Below, in pieces: positions 1 to 6,911 of a stretch of DNA of 20,000 nucleotides. Under the pieces are notes generated by a model, which was not told the origin of the DNA, did no database searches, and was given only the letters and a program-made list of their open reading frames with translations. The position numbers and the translations under genes are program-made. Each line of letters opens with the position of its first letter. Position 1 is the stretch's first letter. The DNA comes from an uncultured virus (IMG/VR IMGVR_UViG_3300028833_006000) (lineage: Duplodnaviria; Heunggongvirae; Uroviricota; Caudoviricetes): IMG/VR virus record IMGVR_UViG_3300028833_006000. One strand, given 5' to 3'.

Positions 1-2
1 AT

Positions 3-653
3 GCAGCGCCGGCAGGGCCTAATCAAAATGCTGTATTCGATCCAAATATATATGCGTCTCAAGGTGACAAGGATTCTGACCTCATGGCAGTCATCGCTTA
101 CAATAATCCTCAGGTCAAAACTGACATGAGTAATATCGATTTTGATCTTGAAAACCTCAGTGCAGAGTCCCCTAACCTATACGCATACATCGGTGATCAG
201 GGCACAGACTTGTGTGGTTTTCATACGTTGTCCAACGGCCTCACATTCTGTGGAGCTGTCGCCGGCGGAGATTGGGAATATCCTCTCTTTTTCATCATAT
301 ATCATGACGGAGCAAATCTGAGAGCATACATTCCCATCAAGGGCAATATGGTGAACTGCGATACCCTGTCTGCTTTTGGATCGGAGGTAAATTTGCATAA
401 TCCAAATGCACCTTATAATCTCCCACAGCTATATGATCTGTACAAGCAGCACGGTTTCCTGACACCTGCGAATGCGACGCTTGATGAATTTATCGACGAC
501 GCTGACATAATTGGAAACAGCTACCTTGCGCAGTATGATCATCTTGCAATAGTTGCTGCAAACTCAAATCCCGGCGCATCCGGACAGTCCTATGCAGGGT
601 TCAACTGGGATGCAATCGCCGATGAACTGATGCAGACCATTCAGGTAATGTAA
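3..653 (+). CDS. Hypothetical protein, probably 5'-truncated by the window edge
   Basis: The ORF track starts at ATG 84, but the frame is open back to position 3 and there is no strong SD at normal spacing before 84. Conserved-looking block GGDWEYPLFFIIYHDG..LRAYIP.KGN; no family recognised. Confidence 0.75.
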   Translation, partial: AAPAGPNQNAVFDPNIYASQGDKDSDLMAVIAYNNPQVKTDMSNIDFDLENLSAESPNLYAYIGDQGTDLCGFHTLSNGLTFCGAVAGGDWEYPLFFIIYHDGANLRAYIPIKGNMVNCDTLSAFGSEVNLHNPNAPYNLPQLYDLYKQHGFLTPANATLDEFIDDADIIGNSYLAQYDHLAIVAANSNPGASGQSYAGFNWDAIADELMQTIQVM

Positions 654-678
654 ACCATAGCAAACACACGAAAGGAAT

Positions 679-735
679 ATGAAAATGATCATCTTCTATC
701 TCATTTGGATGCTTCTCAGAATGCTTCCATGGTAA
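679..735 (+). CDS. Small hydrophobic peptide MKMIIFYLIWMLLRMLPW (18 aa; 16 aa from ATG 685)
   Basis: SD GAAAGGA at 670-676, ATG at 679 and 685, TAA at 733-735. Below the ORF-track length cutoff; translated by hand. Confidence 0.45.
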   Translation: MKMIIFYLIWMLLRMLPW

Positions 736-785
736 TCCCTAAATGAATATGGACCAAAATTCCTGATAAATTCAGCATTCTCTGA

Positions 786-814
786 TTGAAATCTCTTTTG
801 ATTTATGGTAAAAT
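786..814 (+). promoter_or_regulatory. Sigma-70/SigA-like promoter with extended -10
   Basis: TTGAAA (786-791), 17-nt spacer ending TGG, TAAAAT (809-814), upstream of the ORF starting at 857. Confidence 0.65.
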
Positions 815-856
815 AACTCATATATGAGGAGAATATCAATCAAGAGGTGTCAGCGT

Positions 857-1249
857 ATGTATGTTGAGATAAGAAAAATATCAGCGAAAAATGAACAATT
901 GATGGACATGCTGAAGTACAATGTCATGAAAATGGTGAGTCTGCTCAACGCACACGGCATCACTCTCACTGACGATTGCGTAAAGATCTGGATCAAACAA
1001 TTTTCAGATGATGTATTCTATCCGAAAATTGAATTTGACACGGACAGACAGGAAGTTCAATATGACATGACCGCTGATGGAGAAATCAGGGAAATTCACT
1101 ACAAGTGTTTCACAGGATCCCGTGGTAATTCCAGACGAATCGATATTGCCCGCAATGAGTTGAAACCAAAACTCGTCATCATAGACAATATCATCCGCAA
1201 AGGATATGGATTTGTCGATTACTACACGCCGCAGATAAAGGAGGAATGA
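857..1249 (+). CDS. Hypothetical protein (~130 aa)
   Basis: ORF 824..1249; start revised to ATG 857 because of SD GAGGTG at 844-849. Confidence 0.75.
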   Translation: MYVEIRKISAKNEQLMDMLKYNVMKMVSLLNAHGITLTDDCVKIWIKQFSDDVFYPKIEFDTDRQEVQYDMTADGEIREIHYKCFTGSRGNSRRIDIARNELKPKLVIIDNIIRKGYGFVDYYTPQIKEE

Positions 1250-1302
1250 ATAATGAAGCGCAAAGATATTTATCACTAAAAGCATAAACGTAGTCTACAG
1301 AG

Positions 1303-1335
1303 AGCCACTTCAATCTTTATTGGAGTGGTTTTTTG
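1303..1335 (+). terminator. Rho-independent terminator
   Basis: 12-bp stem AGCCACTTCAAT/ATTGGAGTGGTT (two GU pairs), CTTT loop, followed by a T run. Confidence 0.75.
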
Positions 1336-1366
1336 TATGCTCACAAATCAAAAGAAAGGTCATCTT

Positions 1367-1747
1367 ATGGACAACGATTCATTTTGGATCACGTATGCCA
1401 TCGGATTCATATCCGGCATAGTCATTACCATAATCATCGGAAACATCATACCCAGAATACGTTCTCGGATTCTGGCTGCTCAGAAAGAAAAAATAAAGCG
1501 GCGGAACATTGAAAATGACATAGCCCTCTGCTCTTCCAAGGCCGTTGTACGAGCTGACTACAGCGGAGCGGTCTATAAACTATGTGTTCCCGAAGCAGCT
1601 CTCGTCAAAGAAGGCGATGTTGTCCTTGTTTTTGAGACAATGAAACTGGAAATAGAAGTCAAGGCACCTGTTACCGGATTCATCACATTCTATCGTGAAG
1701 TTGGCGAAGTGTGTGACGCAAATGATCCGCTCTTTGCCATAATTTGA
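1367..1747 (+). CDS. Membrane-anchored biotin/lipoyl-attachment domain protein
   Basis: SD GAAAGG before ATG 1367. N-terminal TM helix (FWITYAIGFISGIVITIIIG). C-terminal biotinyl-domain pattern VRADYSGAV..VKEGDVVLVFETMKLEIEVKAPVTG..PLFAI, with ETMKL in place of canonical EAMKM. Confidence 0.8.
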   Translation: MDNDSFWITYAIGFISGIVITIIIGNIIPRIRSRILAAQKEKIKRRNIENDIALCSSKAVVRADYSGAVYKLCVPEAALVKEGDVVLVFETMKLEIEVKAPVTGFITFYREVGEVCDANDPLFAII

Positions 1748-1778
1748 TCACGAACAAATCTGATGAAAGGAGATCACA

Positions 1779-2150
1779 TTGAGAAGAAAACGCAAGACGA
1801 AAATTGAAAAGAAACCTGTCTTCGCTCCATTTGATAATGCAGCGGAGAAACACATGATTCCTTTTGATGAGGAATTTCACTGCGTGCAGGACGCAGATGA
1901 AGAAGATATCGACAACATGGATCTTGACGACCTCGAAGTCCTTCAGGATTCCCTTGTGGATGATATCGCAGACTATGACACCATCATCGATATGCAGCTT
2001 GATAAAACCAAGACTTGTATCGGCTTCGACCAGGAATCGTTGAAGATGGACCGTCAGAGACGACAGAAATGCGTCGTAGAACTTCGTAGAGTTCGCGACA
2101 GGATTAAGATGCTTAAATACGGAAATAAGGAGGCAGCAATCGCCGTATAG
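1779..2150 (+). CDS. Hypothetical protein (basic N-terminus, acidic core, helical C-terminus)
   Basis: TTG start with SD AAAGGAG just upstream; 123 aa. Confidence 0.75.
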   Translation: MRRKRKTKIEKKPVFAPFDNAAEKHMIPFDEEFHCVQDADEEDIDNMDLDDLEVLQDSLVDDIADYDTIIDMQLDKTKTCIGFDQESLKMDRQRRQKCVVELRRVRDRIKMLKYGNKEAAIAV

Positions 2151-2251
2151 GAAAGATTGCATAAGGTGAGGAATAATAAGCATTAAGAACGTAAGAACTT
2201 GTTGAGTAGCCTGGCGTTCGCGCTTCTATATATGCGATTGAATGATGCCTC

Positions 2252-3106
2252 ATGTCCGGCACATTCAATATTGCTACCACAAATCCGCATCTTAATCCAA
2301 ATCATACAAACCATGTCATATCATGGTCCGGCGGTAAAGATTCAACCGCCACTGTCATCCTGTTCCATGAGCATGAAAATGAACTGTTAAAACAGGGTGA
2401 CACAGTTACCATATTATTTGCCGAAGTCATGTTTGACCTGAAAAGAAACATCTCAGGTCACAATCCCCAGATCATCAAGTTCATATATGAAAAAAAACAG
2501 ATTTTTGAATCATGGGGTTACACCGTTCAGATACTCCGCGCAGACACAGATTATCTGGATAATTTCTGGCATAAATTAAGCCGTTCGCCAAAACCAGAAC
2601 GTGTCGGCAAGACATGGGGCTTCGTGCCGGGCGGCATATGTGCAATCAAACGTGACTGCAAATTGAAACCTATCAACCAATGGAATGAACAGCACGCAAG
2701 GGATAATCGCATACAATATATAGGTATTGCCATCGATGAACCCTCTCGTTTAGAAGCTGTTCATAAACAGCCTGATCAAATATCCCTTCTGGAAAAATAT
2801 GGTTATACAGAAAATGATGCCATGAACCTATGCAGGAAATATAACATGGTATCACCCCAATATTCTATGGAAGGCTTGAAGCGAGATGGCTGCTGGTTCT
2901 GTCCAAATGCAAAACTGTGTGAACACAAAGCGATATACAAAGAAATGCCAGCTGTCTGGCAGGAATATGTAGCTTTGGAACAAACGCCTAATCTGGCGTA
3001 TCCTAAATGGAATCCATACACCACGCAGACACTGAAGGACCGTGATGAACTCATCCGAAAAGAAGTTCTGGCAGAACAACAAAATGCTATGGATAAACCA
3101 TCGTAA
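2252..3106 (+). CDS. PAPS/APS reductase-family (PP-loop adenine nucleotide alpha-hydrolase) protein with Fe-S-type Cys motifs
   Basis: SWSGGKDS PP-loop, GICAIKRDCKLKP, YIGIAIDEPSR, C-terminal RDGCWFCP. Confidence 0.85.
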   Translation: MSGTFNIATTNPHLNPNHTNHVISWSGGKDSTATVILFHEHENELLKQGDTVTILFAEVMFDLKRNISGHNPQIIKFIYEKKQIFESWGYTVQILRADTDYLDNFWHKLSRSPKPERVGKTWGFVPGGICAIKRDCKLKPINQWNEQHARDNRIQYIGIAIDEPSRLEAVHKQPDQISLLEKYGYTENDAMNLCRKYNMVSPQYSMEGLKRDGCWFCPNAKLCEHKAIYKEMPAVWQEYVALEQTPNLAYPKWNPYTTQTLKDRDELIRKEVLAEQQNAMDKPS

Positions 3107-3161
3107 CTGAAAGGAGCAATAAAAACATGCGACCTTTATCTATCAAACAAACAGGAAAGGA

Positions 3162-3405
3162 ATAACACGAATCCTGGTAGACCAGGTTGAGCCCCGGAGA
3201 TAACGATGGGGGTTTATAAAATTATTCACTGTTCAGACTCTAACTGTTTTCCGGTGCAGGTGAAAAGACTGAGAACACTGGGCTACAGCTGAATGCTCAA
3301 TAGTGCATCGTGGCCATAAGGACGGAAATCCGGAAACGGCTCCGTTCGTATAAGGGCAATCTCAAAAATATCCGCTCCGCAAGGACTTGTGTAGCGGTGT
3401 GTTAT
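3162..3405 (+). ncRNA. Candidate structured RNA or cis-element of unknown class
   Basis: At least six stems in an intergenic stretch, including GAAA and GCAA tetraloop hairpins, closed by ATAACAC (3162-3168)/GTGTTAT (3399-3405). Confidence 0.55.
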
Positions 3406-4153
3406 GACAAACAGAAAAATCATATGGTATAGCTGTGGAGTATCATCAACAATTGCAGGGCTTCTCGCAGACAGAAATGGTGCTGCAGAATGGATCAGAA
3501 TCTTCCTTCCCAACGAAGACACAGACTCTGAACGCTATTTAGATGACTGTATAAAAAGATTCAACATCAATGTACAGACTATCACAGCCAACAAAAACGT
3601 TGACGAAGTTATCTTGAAGAGGAAATTCATCAACTCTCCTTTTGGTGCTCCCTGCACTTCTGTGCTTAAGAAAGAAGTCAGATTCGCCTGGGAGAAAGAA
3701 AACATCAAAGATGATGATCACATCACATACGTCTGGGGTTTCGATGTCAACGAAGCTCACAGAGCGAAAAGGATGATTGAGAGTTATCCACAGTTTGACC
3801 ATGAGTTTCCTCTCATTGATAACGGACTCACAAAAGCCGATTGCCACGGCATCATCAAAGCACTTGGCGTAAAAAGACCAAGAATGTATGATATGGGCTT
3901 TCCTAACAATAACTGCATTATGTGCGTTAAAGGCGGAATGGGATCTTTCAACCTGTTCAGACAGTACTTCCCCGAACAGTTTGACAAAAGAGCGCAGACT
4001 GAACGCCAGATAGGACATTCATGCCTCAAAAAGTGCTTTCTTGATGAACTCCCGGAAGACGCCGGAAGAAAACCGAAAACAATACCGCAGGATCTTACCG
4101 TGACAGGCGAAGCGGCTTTGCAAATCATAAACAGCAATCTGGAACAAAAATAG
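3404..4153 (+). CDS. Second PAPS-reductase-family protein (mobile-element type, degenerate PP-loop)
   Basis: WYSCGVSS PP-loop variant, APCTSVLKK, VWGFDVNEAHR, FPLID, GFPNNNCIMCVKGG. Confidence 0.8.
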   Translation: MTNRKIIWYSCGVSSTIAGLLADRNGAAEWIRIFLPNEDTDSERYLDDCIKRFNINVQTITANKNVDEVILKRKFINSPFGAPCTSVLKKEVRFAWEKENIKDDDHITYVWGFDVNEAHRAKRMIESYPQFDHEFPLIDNGLTKADCHGIIKALGVKRPRMYDMGFPNNNCIMCVKGGMGSFNLFRQYFPEQFDKRAQTERQIGHSCLKKCFLDELPEDAGRKPKTIPQDLTVTGEAALQIINSNLEQK

Positions 4154-4166
4154 AAAGGAATAGACT

Positions 4167-4748
4167 ATGGGAACATTTATCTCAATGAACGCATCGCTTA
4201 CGCTGCCTGATATTGAACCTGTGAGAAAAATTCTCTGTGACACGGTACTCTCTTACTGGTGCGGTGAAAAAGCACAGGTCATGCAGGCAGTCGGTGCAAC
4301 AACTGATGCTGAACTCATCAAGAAAGCCAGCATTGAAAAGATACTGGAAAAGGATTTCGAGATCGAGAACATCACTGAAGACGATGATACCAACACATAC
4401 GAAATCAGCTTCAACAGTGATTGTGGATATGGCTGGTCTGATGAGCTTCGAAGAATGTTCACCTCGCTCGCCGAGCATTTGTCAGACGGTTCAAACATGA
4501 CTATGGAATCCGATGACGACGGTGGCTGGTATGAGTCATATGAAATAAAGGACGGCAAACTCATCTCAGGAGAAAGTCATGACTTCTTTACAGATGACGG
4601 TGGCTGCCCTTCTGATGATGAAATTGCTGACGCTATCATCAAAGCCGCCGGCATCCTTGTGGCTAATCCTTCAGCCAGAACAGGACTCGCTGAAGCGTTC
4701 AGCAACGTATCATCTGTTCAGGACATCGTTGACACTTTGCCATCATAA
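4167..4748 (+). CDS. Hypothetical acidic protein
   Basis: SD GAAAGGA before ATG 4167; 193 aa. Confidence 0.8.
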   Translation: MGTFISMNASLTLPDIEPVRKILCDTVLSYWCGEKAQVMQAVGATTDAELIKKASIEKILEKDFEIENITEDDDTNTYEISFNSDCGYGWSDELRRMFTSLAEHLSDGSNMTMESDDDGGWYESYEIKDGKLISGESHDFFTDDGGCPSDDEIADAIIKAAGILVANPSARTGLAEAFSNVSSVQDIVDTLPS

Positions 4749-4755
4749 ATGTAAA

Positions 4756-4784
4756 AGCGGCGCTGGAAACACACTGGCGCCGCT
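4756..4784. other. GC-rich intergenic hairpin
   Basis: AGCGGCGC (4756-4763)/GCGCCGCT (4777-4784). No + strand U tract; the A run on the left would give a short U tract on the - strand. Confidence 0.55.
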
Positions 4785-4815
4785 GAACATAAAAAAAACA
4801 AAAGGAGAAAACGAA

Positions 4816-5328
4816 ATGAAAAGTAACTGTAACAAATGTTCACACAAGGAGCTGTGCAAATACAGGGACAACATCAACTCTGAAGAAATGCTGGCGAAAA
4901 TACAGACAGACTACCCTTTCGTAGCAGATCTTGATTTCTCATGCAAATTCTTTGAGAAGAAAGAAAAGCCTGCTGTGAGCACCGAACCATCAAAGCCTGC
5001 CAAAACAGTAAAGGCAGCAAAGACTGAAAAAGCTGAGAAGACACCTGCTCCTGCGAAATCTGAAAAGACTGACAGCAAGACCAACAAGGACACTGTCGAT
5101 ACAAAGAACATTGACGACCAGCCTGTTGACGCAGGCGATGAACCAATGGAATTTGAAGATATCAGGATCATCGACTTTGGATTAAGCGATGACACTACAT
5201 CAGAACTCCTGCGTATCGGCGGCAAAGAGATGAAAATCAAAGATCTGAAAGATCACGCAAATCGCATGTCGCCTAAATGCAAGAGTGAGATTAACGCCAA
5301 GCTTGCAGCATTCCATAGAAGTCTGTAA
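4816..5328 (+). CDS. Hypothetical protein: N-terminal CxxCxHxxxC motif, Lys/Thr/Ala-rich linker, small C-terminal helical domain
   Basis: ORF 4579..5328; start revised to ATG 4816 because of SD AAAGGAG at 4801-4807 and to avoid overlap with the upstream gene. Confidence 0.8.
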   Translation: MKSNCNKCSHKELCKYRDNINSEEMLAKIQTDYPFVADLDFSCKFFEKKEKPAVSTEPSKPAKTVKAAKTEKAEKTPAPAKSEKTDSKTNKDTVDTKNIDDQPVDAGDEPMEFEDIRIIDFGLSDDTTSELLRIGGKEMKIKDLKDHANRMSPKCKSEINAKLAAFHRSL

Positions 5329-5358
5329 ACAGACAATATCATTTCAGGAGAAAAAAAT

Positions 5359-5727
5359 ATGGATAAAATGCCTTGTAAAAGACCTGAGCTTCGCATCATT
5401 GCTATGACAATGGACGAATACGATGCTGCAATGCACCAGTTCCTCGGGAAAGATTATGACGAAGACATTGGTAGTTATTGGGATTATGCAATGGGCGAGT
5501 TTGATCAGGTTTACGAGAAGAACCTGGAAATCGTCAATATGGATGATCTCGGAACACAGTATTTCGCAGTCATCACAGATGCCAAGACCGGTCAGTATGA
5601 TCAGCGTCTATATGAACTTCCCGAATCATTTGATCCGGATAAGTTTCAATTCACGGAAGACTTACTGAATCATCCGTATTATGATACGGATGACGAAAAT
5701 GCCGGTGATGAGCAGGACGACGCTTAA
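5359..5727 (+). CDS. Hypothetical acidic protein
   Basis: SD AGGAG before ATG 5359; 122 aa. Confidence 0.8.
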   Translation: MDKMPCKRPELRIIAMTMDEYDAAMHQFLGKDYDEDIGSYWDYAMGEFDQVYEKNLEIVNMDDLGTQYFAVITDAKTGQYDQRLYELPESFDPDKFQFTEDLLNHPYYDTDDENAGDEQDDA

Positions 5728-5742
5728 ATAATCAGTGCAAAC

Positions 5743-5794
5743 AAATACCCCCTTCAGATAGCCCATGGCAGCATATCTGTAAGGGGGTATTTTT
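5743..5794. terminator. Bidirectional terminator between convergent gene blocks
   Basis: AAATACCCCCTTCAGATA (5743-5760)/TATCTGTAAGGGGGTATTT (5774-5792), one bulge, flanked by A and T runs. Confidence 0.8.
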
Positions 5795-5843
5795 ATATGA
5801 TAACGGCTTTGGCCGTGCCGGACACGTAGCACGTGGCCGATTA

Positions 5844-6455
5844 TCAACCTCCTGGATATTCTATTGTATCACTTGATTCCGGTGTTGTCTGCAAATCATT
5901 AACTAATTCATCTGCCGTGCGATTTGTATCTCCGGATGGCTGTGATACTGCTTCACTTTCCGGTGCAGCGGTCTGCGTATCAGTAGTCGTAGTTTCAGTA
6001 GGTGTAGCCTCAGTAACTGTGGCTGTAGGATCAACAACGCCATGCAGATACTCATTTCCACTTCGTTCATGCAGATTATTCTCGGCTGCCTGTTTATCAT
6101 TATACCAGTGAACGCCCTGTGAAACGCCATATGCCATAGTTGCAAATATAGTAACACGCTTGCATATAGTCTTCCAAGGTGAATCCGTATCGACGTCATC
6201 ATCGACGCCACGAATATGATTGATGATTCCCGGTGCCGTACTTACACCAAAAGCGCCTATGAGACCAGCAAGCCCAGGCTGTAAACTTTTTCCTGTACCT
6301 GCTTCTACGGCATTATTGATCATTGTGCCGACGCCATATCCGATGCCAGCTTTCAGACCAAACTTTGCCATAGAACCAATACCTGATCCGATGCCGGAAA
6401 ATGTCTCGCCGGCGTATTGTGTAATTTTCGCACCTATATTGCTAAATGCTCCCAT
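5844..6455 (-). CDS. Putative membrane protein with Gly-rich hydrophobic helices and a Thr/Ser/Glu-rich tail
   Basis: GxxxG-rich segments (GIGSGIGS, GIGYGVG, GLAGLIGAFG), TPTETTTTDTQT tail, SD AGAAAGGA upstream. Confidence 0.8.
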   Translation of the reverse strand: MGAFSNIGAKITQYAGETFSGIGSGIGSMAKFGLKAGIGYGVGTMINNAVEAGTGKSLQPGLAGLIGAFGVSTAPGIINHIRGVDDDVDTDSPWKTICKRVTIFATMAYGVSQGVHWYNDKQAAENNLHERSGNEYLHGVVDPTATVTEATPTETTTTDTQTAAPESEAVSQPSGDTNRTADELVNDLQTTPESSDTIEYPGG

Positions 6456-6477
6456 GTGCGATAATCCTTTCTATCAA

Positions 6478-6897
6478 TTATACAAAAGGCAAATCATCCG
6501 GATTTTCGACATCAACCGGTACAGCAGGAACTTCCCGCTGTGCATTTGTTTGTGAATCCAGATCAAGATTGTTCGCCTTATCATTCTTGACTAACTGTCT
6601 TGACTGATTATAGAGTTCCTTAAACTTTCTGATGCCCATTTCCTCAGTGTGAAAATGTACCTCATCATCATAAAAACGTACATGAGCCTTTATATTTTCC
6701 TGAATAACAAATGTAGTCAGCTTTGGATTAGTCGGAACGGACTTCTGCTGAACACCATATCCCTGAGGAATAAATGCTTTTGCCCATCCCGTCGCAGAAT
6801 TCTCACTACGGAAACGTATACCGTATTGATTCTTATATGTATCCACGCCCCAGACATTTGAAATCGTCACCATTTGTGACTGTGGTTTCTTAGGCAT
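6478..6897 (-). CDS. Hypothetical protein with SSB-like acidic C-terminal tip (DDLPFV)
   Basis: SD GGAGG; beta-rich-looking N-terminal region; ends ENPDDLPFV. Canonical SSB OB-fold motifs are not recognisable. Confidence 0.75.
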   Translation of the reverse strand: MPKKPQSQMVTISNVWGVDTYKNQYGIRFRSENSATGWAKAFIPQGYGVQQKSVPTNPKLTTFVIQENIKAHVRFYDDEVHFHTEEMGIRKFKELYNQSRQLVKNDKANNLDLDSQTNAQREVPAVPVDVENPDDLPFV

Positions 6898-6911
6898 ATC
6901 ACAAACCCTCC

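Noticed and set aside
48..86. TATATATGCG...CCTCATG similarity between 48-86 and 2228-2254
   Set aside because: Spacing differs and the first copy is inside an open reading frame; likely chance.
3170..3400. Naming the structured RNA as HEARO/omega-RNA, group I/II intron, hammerhead, tmRNA or RNase P
   Set aside because: Only vague echoes (CCCC..GGGGTT 5' stem, CAGACT, AAGGGCAA). Diagnostic cores are not convincingly present and no IscB/TnpB/RT/homing endonuclease ORF is adjacent, so it is left unclassified.
3283..3522. 79-aa - strand ORF across the structured region
   Set aside because: It overlaps the PAPS-reductase gene in antisense, has no recognisable motif, and the region is better explained as + strand RNA structure.
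2252..4153. Gene symbol cysH or dndC
   Set aside because: Family motifs only; no pathway partners and no recognisable CysH C-terminal ECGLH motif.
4579..4815. N-terminal extension of the 4579..5328 ORF
   Set aside because: It overlaps the previous gene and an intergenic hairpin; a strong SD supports ATG 4816.
5808..5841. Imperfect hairpin TTGGCCGTGC...GCACGTGGCCGA next to the bidirectional terminator
   Set aside because: Bulged and without a U tract; could be a 3' stabilising stem, but there is too little evidence to call a feature.
6478..6897. Gene symbol ssb
   Set aside because: Only the tail matches; canonical SSB OB-fold motifs are not seen.
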